Below are positions 36,125 to 44,606 of a stretch of 44,606 nucleotides of DNA, in pieces. Location of the stretch: the IMG/VR virus record IMGVR_UViG_2711768040_000011, positions 1-44,606 of that record; one strand, 5' to 3'. Each line of letters begins with the position of its first letter. Within the stretch, counting starts at the first letter, position 1. The notes under the pieces are model-generated. The model was given only the letters and a program-made list of their open reading frames with translations, was not told the DNA's origin and did no database searches. A program made the translations under genes and the position numbers. The DNA comes from a virus. Lineage: Duplodnaviria; Heunggongvirae; Uroviricota; Caudoviricetes.

Positions 36125-36466
36125 ATGTCAGATAAAAAAATGGCGCCACTACTGCTCAATGTAGACGCCAGCGAAGTGCTTACCCAGACCGGGGAGCTTT
36201 TAAAGTTACTTGAACTTCCAGCCAGCTCCCTTCAGGGAATTCCTGAGCATGTCGTCGATCTGTTTTTTGACCGTGTCCGTGGCCTGATTGACAACATCGT
36301 CCTTAGTGATTTCGCGACCACAGTCAGCACAACTGACGCCGGTGAAATTTGTCTCAAAGTCAAAATCATCGGGCTGGTTGAACATCTCACTTCCGCAGTC
36401 AGGGCACACGGTCCGCATGGTTTGCATGAACATATCCTTTCTACTGTTGGGGAGCTTAAAGAGTAA
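36125..36466 (+). CDS. hypothetical protein (first gene of early-left operon); conflicts with antisense ORF
   Basis: 113-aa ORF with GAGGGG SD, same strand as downstream early genes; not Arg-rich. Confidence 0.4.
   Translation: MSDKKMAPLLLNVDASEVLTQTGELLKLLELPASSLQGIPEHVVDLFFDRVRGLIDNIVLSDFATTVSTTDAGEICLKVKIIGLVEHLTSAVRAHGPHGLHEHILSTVGELKE
36206..36433 (-). CDS. alternative antisense small zinc-ribbon protein (two CxxCG pairs)
   Basis: MFMQTMRTVCPDCG...CADCG ORF with AAAGGA SD; fully overlaps 36125-36466 on opposite strand, so only one is likely real. Confidence 0.3.
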   Translation of the reverse strand: MFMQTMRTVCPDCGSEMFNQPDDFDFETNFTGVSCADCGREITKDDVVNQATDTVKKQIDDMLRNSLKGAGWKFK

Positions 36467-36655
36467 GCGATTTCTTGCTGTTGGGGAATAGCGGGAAAGC
36501 GCGCGCCGGGCGCGGATAAATACCCCGGCAATAACTGGAATGTTTTGTAGTGCAGTGAATTGCAGCTGCATCGACGGCAACCGGAAGATAAGCACCCGGC
36601 GCTGCACCACAAAGCATTTCTCCCGCATCAGCGGGTAACGACAGAGGGTAAGGGG

Positions 36656-36952
36656 ATGATCGACGACATCAAGCGCATCGACTCAATGATAAATGCGCTT
36701 CGCAATATGAAACAGGACATCAAGCGTCAGCAGAAACTAAGTGAAATAAACAGTTTAGACCTGTCGCCGAAGCAAGCTCAAAAGCGCAATGCCGATGCTG
36801 ACTGGATTGCGATGGAACAGATTAAGCGTCGGCATGAGCTGCACGCTCTGTCTGTTGAGCTTGGGTTCGCTGAGCGCCGGGAAAGTTATGCTCCATTTGA
36901 ATTAACTGACGGGTGGCACCGATTCGACCACAAGCCGCGCGAACCTCAATAG
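36656..36952 (+). CDS. hypothetical protein
   Basis: 98 aa from ATG 36656 with GGGTAAGGGG SD (ORF open from 36560). Confidence 0.5.
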   Translation: MIDDIKRIDSMINALRNMKQDIKRQQKLSEINSLDLSPKQAQKRNADADWIAMEQIKRRHELHALSVELGFAERRESYAPFELTDGWHRFDHKPREPQ

Positions 36953-37107
36953 CCGCCTAACCAGCGGCTTTTTCATACCTGGAGTCATTTACGAGTGGCT
37001 CAAGTTATGACAACCGGCGGCCATCCACCGCCCATTGAAACACTGAATAAATGCGTTGAAGTCTTGTATTAACCGTTCCGTTCGCCGCGATAAGGCCAAG
37101 AGGATTT

Positions 37108-37317
37108 ATGAGTGATTTGGAGTTGGGCTTAAAGATATACGCATTATGGTTTGTCGGGACGTTTCTGCTCGGCATAGCAATCAACTCGCTGACGAAAAAA
37201 GAACATCGCCAGCCACTTTCAAAACTAGCCATTGACCATGTACGCATGTCTTCCGCAATAACCATTGTGGGCCTGATTGTGTGCGGTATGGGCTGGTTCT
37301 TATTCAAGGTGGTGTGA
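37108..37317 (+). CDS. small membrane protein (two predicted TM helices)
   Basis: 69-aa ORF, AAGAGGA SD, hydrophobic segments. Confidence 0.55.
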   Translation: MSDLELGLKIYALWFVGTFLLGIAINSLTKKEHRQPLSKLAIDHVRMSSAITIVGLIVCGMGWFLFKVV

Positions 37318-37318
37318 G

Positions 37319-37477
37319 ATGACAGTCACCCACAACGGCAAGCAGTACACCGCCAAAAAGCTCAACGATAACGAGTGGCAGCTGACGTCGGTATCTAACC
37401 CGCGTGAAAAGCTGACGATGAACCGCTGGCATATGAAGCTGGCTGGCCTCCTGGAACAGGTTGAGGTGAAGGCATGA
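37319..37477 (+). CDS. small hypothetical protein
   Basis: 52-aa ORF MTVTHNGKQY... starting right after previous stop. Confidence 0.4.
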   Translation: MTVTHNGKQYTAKKLNDNEWQLTSVSNPREKLTMNRWHMKLAGLLEQVEVKA

Positions 37478-37683
37478 TCAACCACTACGGCACCACCCCG
37501 CTCATTCGCCAGTGCGTCACGCCCGGCATGATGGCATTGCATGAAGGCCGCACATATCGCGTCTCAGCAGTCATTCAGGAGCGCAAATGGGTATACCTGC
37601 ACACTGACGCAGAAATAATCCGACTCAGTGACTGCGTGATTGACGTCCTTCTTGACGGTCACGGCAACCCTATCCAGCACTAA
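37474..37683 (+). CDS. small hypothetical protein
   Basis: 69-aa ORF with ATGA overlap to upstream ORF. Confidence 0.45.
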   Translation: MINHYGTTPLIRQCVTPGMMALHEGRTYRVSAVIQERKWVYLHTDAEIIRLSDCVIDVLLDGHGNPIQH

Positions 37684-37753
37684 CCACCCTATTCAACCGT
37701 TCGGCCTGGCATTACGCGGGCGGGATCTGCACATCCAAATTTCAGGAGAAACC

Positions 37754-38725
37754 ATGAGCGAAGTAACGGACTTAACTGTCATCGAAATCAAGCCGGAACA
37801 GGCCCCAGTGCTTTACGTAGCGGGCGGCCTTGACGCGTACCTTGAGCAAATCCGCCAGGCTGTAAACGAAGTGCCGGACCTGTCCACGAAGAAAGGCCGT
37901 GACCGTGTTGCCTCTCTGGCAGCGCAGGTGTCCCGCAGCAAGACGGCAATCGAAAAGCCGGGCCGTGAGTACCTGAAGCGCCTGAAAGAGGCTGTGCGTC
38001 CGGCTGAGGCCGAAATTAAGCGATTCGTTGATGCCTGCGACGAGCTGCGCGATGCGACCCGCCGCCCACTCACCGAATGGGAAGCCGAGCAGGAACGCAT
38101 TAAGGCTGAAGAAGCCATGAACGCGATGCACGCCGAAGCGCTGGAGATGAACATCAGGTTCGATCAGGAACTGGCTGCCAAGTTCGAAGCGGACCACGAA
38201 ATGGCTCTACTGATGAACAAGGATTTTGACCGTGACCGCGAAGAGCAGCGCCGTCTGGCGGAACAGGCTCAGCGTGAACGTGATGAGCGGCTGAAACAGG
38301 AAGCGGCAGAACAAGCCCGCCGCGATGCCGAAGCGAAGCACAAAGCGGAGATTGAAGCCGCAGCGCGCCGTGAAGCCGAAGAGAAAGCCCGCGCTGAACT
38401 GGCGGAGCGCCAGCGCGTCGAAGCGGAACAGCGTGCAGCTCGCGAGAAGCAGGAAGCGGAAGCCCGGGCGGAACGCGAAAAAGCCGCGGCGGTTGAAGCC
38501 GAGCGCCTGAAGGCCAAACAGGCCGAAGATGCCCGCCTGGCCGAAGAGAAGCGCCTCGCCGATGAGCAGGCAAAGCGTGAAGCTGACGTTAAGCACCGCA
38601 AGACGGTCGGCACCAACATCGTTAACGCGCTCACCAGCCAAACCAGCTTAACCCGCGAGCAGGCTATCGAAGTGCTTACCGCTCTGAAAGATGACCTGAT
38701 CCCCTGCGCGAAAATTCATTACTGA
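37754..38725 (+). CDS. coiled-coil protein with long E/A/R/K-rich low-complexity region
   Basis: Start MSEVTDLTVIEIK with AGGAGA SD (ORF open from 37640); about 150 aa of AEQARRDAEAKHKAEIEAAARREAEEKARAE-type repeats. Confidence 0.6.
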   Translation: MSEVTDLTVIEIKPEQAPVLYVAGGLDAYLEQIRQAVNEVPDLSTKKGRDRVASLAAQVSRSKTAIEKPGREYLKRLKEAVRPAEAEIKRFVDACDELRDATRRPLTEWEAEQERIKAEEAMNAMHAEALEMNIRFDQELAAKFEADHEMALLMNKDFDRDREEQRRLAEQAQRERDERLKQEAAEQARRDAEAKHKAEIEAAARREAEEKARAELAERQRVEAEQRAAREKQEAEARAEREKAAAVEAERLKAKQAEDARLAEEKRLADEQAKREADVKHRKTVGTNIVNALTSQTSLTREQAIEVLTALKDDLIPCAKIHY

Positions 38726-38732
38726 GGCAACC

Positions 38733-39017
38733 ATGAACGCATACCTCACTTACGACCGCATCGAAGATCGGCGCTGGGCTGAGCAGCAGATCACCGACGA
38801 GAAAGAGAAGTGGATCGACGACCGGGCGCAGAAAATCATCGACATGATGCCTAAAGAGCCGTCCGGCCTCTTCCACTTCACGATCCCGATAGACTCCAGC
38901 CCATACGAAGGGCTTCGCAGCGATAAAGCTGGCGAGGCCTACAACGATTTCATTTCGGTAGTTGCTTACGCCCAGGCGGAATACGACTGGGAACACCGTA
39001 CCGGCTGCCCGTTTTAA
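38733..39017 (+). CDS. hypothetical protein
   Basis: 94-aa ORF between coiled-coil gene and bet. Confidence 0.5.
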   Translation: MNAYLTYDRIEDRRWAEQQITDEKEKWIDDRAQKIIDMMPKEPSGLFHFTIPIDSSPYEGLRSDKAGEAYNDFISVVAYAQAEYDWEHRTGCPF

Positions 39018-39035
39018 TTTTTGAGGGATTTAACA

Positions 39036-39782
39036 ATGAGTACTGCACTTTCCACCATGGCCGGGAAACTGGCCGCACGCCTCGGCATGGATGCCGGTAC
39101 AGACCTGATGAATACGCTGAAGAATACAGCGTTCAAAGGTGGCAACGTCACGGACGAGCAGTTTACAGCCCTGTTGATCGTCGCCAACCAGTACGGCCTG
39201 AACCCATGGACCAAAGAGATTTACGCATTCCCAGATAAAGGCGGGATTGTCCCGGTCGTCGGCGTTGATGGATGGGCTCGCATTATCAACGAGCATCCTC
39301 AGTTTGACGGCATGGAGTTCTCTTACGACAAGGAGGAAGGCGCGTGTACCTGCAAGATTTACCGCAAAGACCGTAAGCACCCGACCATCGTCACCGAGTA
39401 CATGGGAGAGTGCAAACGCAACACTCAGCCATGGCAGTCCCACCCTACCCGCATGCTTCGCCACAAGACGCTGATCCAGTGCGCGCGTCTGGCCTTTGGT
39501 TTCGCTGGCATCTTCGACCAGGACGAGGCAGAGCGAGTAATTGAAGGAACAACGGCAGAGGTTCATGCGGGCCATGAATCAGATAGCCGCCGCCCGGAAC
39601 TGATCGCAAAAGGTGAGTCCGCCGCGCGCCTTGGAACCGTTAAGTATCAGGAGTTCTGGGTGGCGCTGAGCGCCGAAGAGAAACAGGTGATCGGCGCAGT
39701 TGAGAAACGACGCATGTATGACATGAGTCTTGCTGTCGACAACGCCGAACCTGTCAATGTCGCAGAGACGGAGGCTGAATGA
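39036..39782 (+). CDS. bet: recombination protein Bet (RecT-family single-strand annealing protein)
   Basis: Long colinear identity blocks with lambda Bet as recalled (LLIVANQYGLNPWTKEIYAFPDK, MLRHK, IQCARLAFGFAGI); GAGGGA SD. Confidence 0.9.
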   Translation: MSTALSTMAGKLAARLGMDAGTDLMNTLKNTAFKGGNVTDEQFTALLIVANQYGLNPWTKEIYAFPDKGGIVPVVGVDGWARIINEHPQFDGMEFSYDKEEGACTCKIYRKDRKHPTIVTEYMGECKRNTQPWQSHPTRMLRHKTLIQCARLAFGFAGIFDQDEAERVIEGTTAEVHAGHESDSRRPELIAKGESAARLGTVKYQEFWVALSAEEKQVIGAVEKRRMYDMSLAVDNAEPVNVAETEAE

Positions 39783-40396
39783 TAGAGCAACGCACCCCTG
39801 AATGGTTTGCTGCGCGCTGCGGCAAGGTCACAGCCAGTCGCCTGGCTGATGTCATGGCCCGGACTAAGTCGGGCTACTCCACCAGCCGCCAGAACTACAT
39901 GGCCGAGCTGATTTGCCAACGGCTGACCGGGAAGCTGGAGGAAGGGTTTTCGAATGCCGCGATGATGCGCGGCACTGAACTTGAGCCAGTGGCACGCGAA
40001 ATGTACGCGCTGAATGAGTTCAATGCGGAAATCACTGAAGTTGGACTCATCGATCACCCAACCATACCCGGATTCGCAGCCAGCCCGGACGGACTTGTAA
40101 ACGACGACGGGCTTATCGAAATCAAATGCCCCAATACCTGGACCCATATCGAAACGCTGAAAACCGGTGAACCAAAGCGCCAGTACATGCTGCAAATGCA
40201 TGCACAGATGATGTGCACCGGGCGGAAATGGTGTGATTTCGTTAGTTTCGATGATCGCCTGCCGCCTGACCTCGCCTATTTCAAGAAGCGTATTCATTTC
40301 GATGAAGAGCTGGCGCGCGAAATCGAGTCTGAGGTTAAGACCTTCCTTGCAGATCTGGAATCTGAAATTCAGAAAATCACAGAGCGTGCAGCATGA
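39779..40396 (+). CDS. YqaJ-type viral recombinase exonuclease (Exo partner of Bet)
   Basis: 205-aa ORF with PD-(D/E)xK-like blocks (ASPDG...IEIKC), ATGA overlap with bet stop. Confidence 0.8.
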   Translation: MIEQRTPEWFAARCGKVTASRLADVMARTKSGYSTSRQNYMAELICQRLTGKLEEGFSNAAMMRGTELEPVAREMYALNEFNAEITEVGLIDHPTIPGFAASPDGLVNDDGLIEIKCPNTWTHIETLKTGEPKRQYMLQMHAQMMCTGRKWCDFVSFDDRLPPDLAYFKKRIHFDEELAREIESEVKTFLADLESEIQKITERAA

Positions 40397-40487
40397 AGGC
40401 ACTCATCACCCGGGAGCTTAAAGCTCCTTTTTTATTGCTGGCGTTCACCTTCAACCGAATTAACCGACAGTTCCGGGAGCATTGACC

Positions 40488-40706
40488 ATGGACATCATCG
40501 ATACCGCAGCAGAGATTGAAGAGCTTCAGCGTAACGCTGCCCTTTCCGCTCACCGCATCGACCGTAATGCCGTTTCAGCGGAGCATTGCGAAGAATGCGA
40601 CGAACCAATTCCCGAACCGCGGCGCGCTGCCGTTCCCGGCTGCCAGACGTGTGCAGAGTGCCAATCCGTCATCGAGCTGAAGAATAAGCAAAGGGGGTTG
40701 CAGTGA
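40488..40706 (+). CDS. TraR/DksA-family C4 zinc-finger protein
   Basis: CEEC...CQTCAEC spacing typical of phage TraR-like proteins; ATG 40488. Confidence 0.65.
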   Translation: MDIIDTAAEIEELQRNAALSAHRIDRNAVSAEHCEECDEPIPEPRRAAVPGCQTCAECQSVIELKNKQRGLQ

Positions 40707-41371
40707 AAGAGCGCGGAATGATTTTCAACGGCGAGATGGTGCGCGCCATCCTCGACGGCAAAAAGACGCAGACGCGGCGCATCATGAAGGTTCAGCCGTC
40801 TGATGGTTTCCACCCAACGCATAACGGTTACGATCTGGATTTAAACGCACACTGGTACACACCTGGCGTGATCGATAAAAACGGATACCTGCAACCTGCA
40901 AAGAAAGATGCATTTGGCGTTGCTGATGAGAATGAAGGCTATACCTGCCCGTTCGGTGCCGTCGGCGATCGCATCTGGGTGCGCGAAACGTGGGCTGAAG
41001 CTGGTGCTGGCGCGCCGGACCTGAAACTTTATCGCGCGGATTACCCTGAGCATGTTCCAACTCATTACGAGAATGTGCCGCTGGCTGATGAAATACGCTG
41101 GACGCCTTCGATTCACATGCCGCGCTGGGCTAGTCGTCTAACTCTGGAGATTACCGGAGTGCGAGTTGAGCGATTGCAGGCCATTACCCTTGGGGATATC
41201 TGTAAGGAAATCGGCTGCGGTCTTTACGACTTCCGCCCTGCTACTTATGGCTTTCAGGTGTGGGAAGAACTGTGGAAGTCCATCTACGGCGAAGAAAACT
41301 GGCAGGCCAACCCCTGGGTCTGGGTAATCGAATTTAAGGTGGTGCCCAATGTTCAGGATAATCCAGCCTAA
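40703..41371 (+). CDS. hypothetical protein (possible ASCH/PUA-like domain)
   Basis: 222-aa ORF; N-terminal FNGEMVRAILDGKKTQTRR block resembles ASCH-type domains. Confidence 0.45.
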   Translation: MKERGMIFNGEMVRAILDGKKTQTRRIMKVQPSDGFHPTHNGYDLDLNAHWYTPGVIDKNGYLQPAKKDAFGVADENEGYTCPFGAVGDRIWVRETWAEAGAGAPDLKLYRADYPEHVPTHYENVPLADEIRWTPSIHMPRWASRLTLEITGVRVERLQAITLGDICKEIGCGLYDFRPATYGFQVWEELWKSIYGEENWQANPWVWVIEFKVVPNVQDNPA

Positions 41372-41663
41372 TACCTGGTACGCCGATCCCCACGGCGCGT
41401 CCTGCAAAATCCTCCGCGCTACCCACGAAGTAATCCACTACATCCGCAACGGTCGCACCTGCATCGCCAGCATTGGCCGCTTTCAACATGAATTCGAGCC
41501 GCTGATCAAAGCACAGGCTGAGCGGATCGCCGAAGAAATCGAAACAGCAAAGCACATCGAAAAATTAAGGAGCATGAGACGTGATCGGAATACTCAAGCC
41601 GGTACCGGAATCGCAATGGCCGGTACGATGCCACGACCCCAAGCGGAGCAACGTGTGGGCTAA
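41349..41663 (+). CDS. hypothetical protein
   Basis: 104-aa ORF overlapping neighbours; no motif recognised. Confidence 0.4.
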   Translation: MFRIIQPNTWYADPHGASCKILRATHEVIHYIRNGRTCIASIGRFQHEFEPLIKAQAERIAEEIETAKHIEKLRSMRRDRNTQAGTGIAMAGTMPRPQAEQRVG

Positions 41664-41922
41664 CTCTTACTTTCTTGTTCAGGAGTTTCAGGAAGAGAAC
41701 GGTGTTATTCGCCTGACGGTGAACACCACCAGCATTGGCAGCTCTGGCCGGTGGAAGGATGGCATCAGTTGGGATGCATTGCAGGAGATAAAGTCAGCCG
41801 TTGGCTATGGGGATCGGGATGCCGTGGAGATTTACCCGCGGGATTATGATGTGGTGAACGTGGCGAACATGCGCCACCTGTGGATTACGCCGGAGCCAAT
41901 TAGCTTCGCCTGGCGGAAGTAA
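41581..41922 (+). CDS. hypothetical protein
   Basis: 113-aa ORF (GTG start; alternative GTG at 41653 removes overlap); ends immediately before IS left end. Confidence 0.45.
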   Translation: MIGILKPVPESQWPVRCHDPKRSNVWANSYFLVQEFQEENGVIRLTVNTTSIGSSGRWKDGISWDALQEIKSAVGYGDRDAVEIYPRDYDVVNVANMRHLWITPEPISFAWRK

Positions 41923-42012
41923 ACAGCATCAGCGCATCGCCGTGTGGCGGGTGACATCCCGCCAAATAACGACGATCAACTGAACATCAACACATTATAT
42001 GTACATACGACC

Positions 42013-43104
42013 ATGAACATTCAGATCAAAACACTATCTGTCCGAATTAAAGACAAGCACGCAGCCGTTTTGCGGCAGATGGCCTTTGAGGTCAATCAGA
42101 TCTTTAATCTGGCAAACGAGATAACCAGCGCAGCATACGGCAACGCTGGCTTTTTTGGCGCGCAAAAACCGCAATGGCTATCGGCGTTTGATGTTCAGAA
42201 ACCGCTCCTTAAAGAGCGAAAAGAGCGCGGGTATACCATCCCCAGCCATACCGTACAGGAAATCGCAGCAATTCACGGCAAGGCACGGAAGCAATTTAAA
42301 CGCTCTCGCTTACGCTGGCGAGTCAGTGGGGGATCTCGCCGTTCGTTGGGTTGGGTGCCGTTTAAAATAGGCAGCGCTGTCTGGAAAAATGGCGCGGTGC
42401 GGTTCGCTGGCAGGATTTTTAATGTCTGGGATAGCTACGGCTTGGGAGGATTTAAATTCCGTGCTGGAAGCTTTTCAGAAGACAGCCGTGGACGCTGGTA
42501 CTTCAATGTTTGCGTAGAGGTCGAAACTGTCCCATCAACGGCCACTTCCGCCGTGGGTATCGATTTAGGGCTGAAAGACTACGCCACCCCGTCAGAAGGT
42601 GATCCGCTGATTGCCGGTAGATTCTATCGAGATCTGGAGCCTGCATTAGGAAAGGCACAGCGTGCAAACAAAAAAGCCCGTGTACGCGCCATACACGCCA
42701 AAATTAAGAACCGCCGCAAAGATGCCCTGCACAAGTACAGCACGGCGCTGGTTAACAGCCATGCGGCAATATTCGTAGGCGACGCGAGCAGTAAGAAACT
42801 GGTTAAAACCAAAATGGCAAAAAGCATTTTGGACGCTGGCTGGTTCATGCTCAAAACACAACTGGAATATAAAGCGATTGCGCGGTCAGTGGTGTTTGAA
42901 GTGGTCAACGAAAGTTATTCCACCCAAGCTTGTTCGTGTTGCGGGGCTATCTCCGCCAACAGTCCGAAAGGTAGAGCAGGCCTGCGAATAAGAGAATGGA
43001 CTTGTTGTGAGTGCGGAACCACTCATGACCGCGACGTGAACGCCGCAAAGAACATTCTCGCGGCGGGGCATCGCCGTCTAGCTGTAGGAATCCCCTTCCT
43101 TTAG
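42013..43104 (+). CDS. tnpB: TnpB (RNA-guided endonuclease / IS605 OrfB family transposase accessory protein)
   Basis: RuvC-like blocks (SAVGIDLGLKDYAT; DRDVNAAKNIL) and C-terminal zinc finger CSCCG...CCECG; ATG 42013. Confidence 0.85.
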   Translation: MNIQIKTLSVRIKDKHAAVLRQMAFEVNQIFNLANEITSAAYGNAGFFGAQKPQWLSAFDVQKPLLKERKERGYTIPSHTVQEIAAIHGKARKQFKRSRLRWRVSGGSRRSLGWVPFKIGSAVWKNGAVRFAGRIFNVWDSYGLGGFKFRAGSFSEDSRGRWYFNVCVEVETVPSTATSAVGIDLGLKDYATPSEGDPLIAGRFYRDLEPALGKAQRANKKARVRAIHAKIKNRRKDALHKYSTALVNSHAAIFVGDASSKKLVKTKMAKSILDAGWFMLKTQLEYKAIARSVVFEVVNESYSTQACSCCGAISANSPKGRAGLRIREWTCCECGTTHDRDVNAAKNILAAGHRRLAVGIPFL

Positions 43105-43187
43105 GACGGGGAGGATGTCAAGCAACTGATAGCCAGTTATGAGCTGGCTATTGGGTGCGAAAGCACTGCTCAGTTATCCCCCATTTT

Positions 43188-43215
43188 GCCCGGCCCCGCG
43201 CCGGGCGCTCTTTTT
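43188..43215 (+). terminator. hairpin plus T-run at right end of IS element (terminator and/or IS right-end structure)
   Basis: gcccggc-cccgc-gccgggc followed by gctcTTTTT. Confidence 0.45.
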
Positions 43216-43228
43216 CTGGAGATCACAG

Positions 43229-43444
43229 ATGAATGACAGCATCCTGGTTACAAGCGAAATCCTTGCGCGCTACAAAATATCGCGCAGCACGCTCTATTTC
43301 TGGAGCACTCCCGCACGTATGCCATCCAGCTTTTCATGCCCATTCCCGAAACCAACCATCCCCGGAAATCCGAAGCGCTGGCGTGAGTCAGAAATCAAGT
43401 CATGGGAAGACAAGGTCAACTTTGCTAAAGGGGATACCCAATAA
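43229..43444 (+). CDS. alpA: AlpA-family phage regulatory protein / excisionase
   Basis: 71-aa ORF MNDSILVTSEILARYKISRSTLYFW (AlpA-type HTH), GGAGA SD, adjacent to integrase. Confidence 0.7.
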   Translation: MNDSILVTSEILARYKISRSTLYFWSTPARMPSSFSCPFPKPTIPGNPKRWRESEIKSWEDKVNFAKGDTQ

Positions 43445-44606
43445 TCTCCTGCAAATGCTTCTGCCAGATATCCAGCCATTCATGCTGATCGTCCATATAG
43501 TCATGAAGGTTGTATCTGGCCATAACCCCGCCCATCTGATGTCCGAGCAACTTTTCTATAACGTGTGGTGGAGCGCCAAGCTCGGACAGGCGCGTGGCCA
43601 CCGTTCTCCGCAAATCATGTAATGACCACTCCTTCATTCCGTTCTTACGCACTACCTGCATTGAGTACGTCGAGACAAGCGTCTGCCCAGGTGGGACATC
43701 TTCTTTATCCCGGAACTGTGCTGGAGTCAGAACGTGCTTAGTGATTGATCCGCGTTGATGCTCTTGCAGAAGCCTGACCGCAGTATCCGGCAACGCACGA
43801 CGAATAGTTTTACCGGTCTTATAATCCTCTGCCGGCACAGTCCAGGACCTTTCTTTGAAATCGAACCACTCCCATCTCGACTTTCTTATTTCTGCGGCGC
43901 GGCATCCGGTTAGAATCATGAACCTGATTACCAGTTGTTGAGAGGGAGGCAGAGAGAAAAGAGTATCCCACACCTGCTTTATCTCACTATCTGAAAGCCG
44001 CCTCTCCTTCATCTTCGCTGCTATACCGACATCCGATTTTCGTAACGACTCCAGTGGATTGGTTTTGATTACTCCCCTGTTGTGGCAGAACCGGAAAGCA
44101 CGCTTGGTCAGAGACAGCATCTCACCTGATATGACACTCCTCCCCATTGCATCGAAAACCTCAAGCCAGTTCGCCTTCACTGTCTGGTCCACAATAGCCT
44201 TCCCTAGCCGCGGGCTAATGTGCTTTTTGAAGCTTTTACCGTTCGCATCAATTTTAATGAGCCCCTCCGGGATACAGTAATGCTTCACCCAGTACTCATA
44301 GGCCTCATCGACTGTCAGCGCTTCTATTCTTTCAGCCTTCTCCACCAGCACTTTCTGCCGGGGATCATACCCCTCGCTCAACCACGCTCTGAACTGCTGT
44401 CTTCTGTCTCTCGCCTGAGAGAGTGAAATAGTTGGATAGTCACCAATGCTTAACTGCACAGGCTTGCCCAGCCAGCGATACCGATAGAAGAATGTGATAG
44501 AACCGGTTATGCTTAGACGCACATTCAGTCCGTTTGAATCAGAGAGAACCTCAACCTTCTCCCTGCGCTTTCCGAGCGACTTTCGTAACTTAGTATCTGT
44601 GAGCAC
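43425..44606 (-). CDS. int: tyrosine integrase (P4-like), N-terminus runs off window end
   Basis: HxxR block (HDLRRTVAT), LLGH and catalytic Tyr region (ARYNLHDY); first codon at the window edge. Confidence 0.9.
   Translation of the reverse strand: MLTDTKLRKSLGKRREKVEVLSDSNGLNVRLSITGSITFFYRYRWLGKPVQLSIGDYPTISLSQARDRRQQFRAWLSEGYDPRQKVLVEKAERIEALTVDEAYEYWVKHYCIPEGLIKIDANGKSFKKHISPRLGKAIVDQTVKANWLEVFDAMGRSVISGEMLSLTKRAFRFCHNRGVIKTNPLESLRKSDVGIAAKMKERRLSDSEIKQVWDTLFSLPPSQQLVIRFMILTGCRAAEIRKSRWEWFDFKERSWTVPAEDYKTGKTIRRALPDTAVRLLQEHQRGSITKHVLTPAQFRDKEDVPPGQTLVSTYSMQVVRKNGMKEWSLHDLRRTVATRLSELGAPPHVIEKLLGHQMGGVMARYNLHDYMDDQHEWLDIWQKHLQEIIGYPL

Larger units (their letters stand above)
41925..43225 (+). 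mobile_element. IS200/IS605-family element, tnpB-only (IS1341-like); boundaries approximate
   Basis: TnpB ORF flanked by terminal hairpins (ggcggg-tgacat-cccgcc at 41956-41973; gcccggc-cccgc-gccgggc at 43188-43206); no HuH tnpA seen. Confidence 0.5.

Noticed and set aside
35940-36125. Search for a lambda N-type antiterminator and nut site at the start of the early-left operon
   Set aside because: No Arg-rich N-like ORF and no convincing boxA/boxB pair were found; early antitermination may be absent or use a mechanism not recognisable by eye.
38154-38641. Three overlapping minus-strand ORFs (139, 144, 121 aa) and a small plus-strand ORF inside the coiled-coil gene
   Set aside because: All lie within the GC-rich charged-repeat region, which keeps several frames open; translations are Arg/Ala/Ser low-complexity.

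Overview
The window is almost entirely one lambdoid temperate siphovirus prophage of an enterobacterial host (late and early genes roughly 50-57% GC by eye, with several clearly AT-rich inserts). Left to right: (1) 1-1300, the SRAP gene yedK followed by a LexA-box-controlled two-gene cassette ending in a UmuD'-like protein; (2) 1500-4570, an AT-rich O-antigen-type acyltransferase convergent with a tailspike carrying an SGNH/SASA esterase domain; (3) 4628-13270, tail module on the minus strand (large tip protein, NlpC/P60 protein, tape measure, a lipoprotein moron, putative chaperone, major tail protein with Ig-like domain); (4) 13264-23100, head-tail joining, capsid, scaffold, portal, terminase, interrupted by an AT-rich membrane-protein moron; (5) 23400-25200, an AT-rich HEPN-motif moron and the lysis cassette (holin, SAR endolysin, Rz with embedded Rz1); (6) Q antiterminator with a tRNA-Thr(UGU) and terminator in the late leader; (7) nin region (NinB, NinI phosphatase, NinG, Lar anti-restriction, several unknowns); (8) replication (O-like initiator with in-gene iterons, DnaB helicase); (9) immunity (YdaT/CII-like, Cro-like, LexA-type CI flanked by TTTAGC-N5-GCTAAA operators); (10) plus-strand early operon (Bet, YqaJ exonuclease, TraR); (11) a tnpB-only IS200/IS605-type element; (12) AlpA-like excisionase and a P4-type integrase running off the right edge. 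No rRNA or CRISPR array was seen. All calls are from reading the sequence and ORF translations; no database search was run. Most likely places for new biology: the AT-rich morons, the SOS-box cassette and the acyltransferase/esterase pair.
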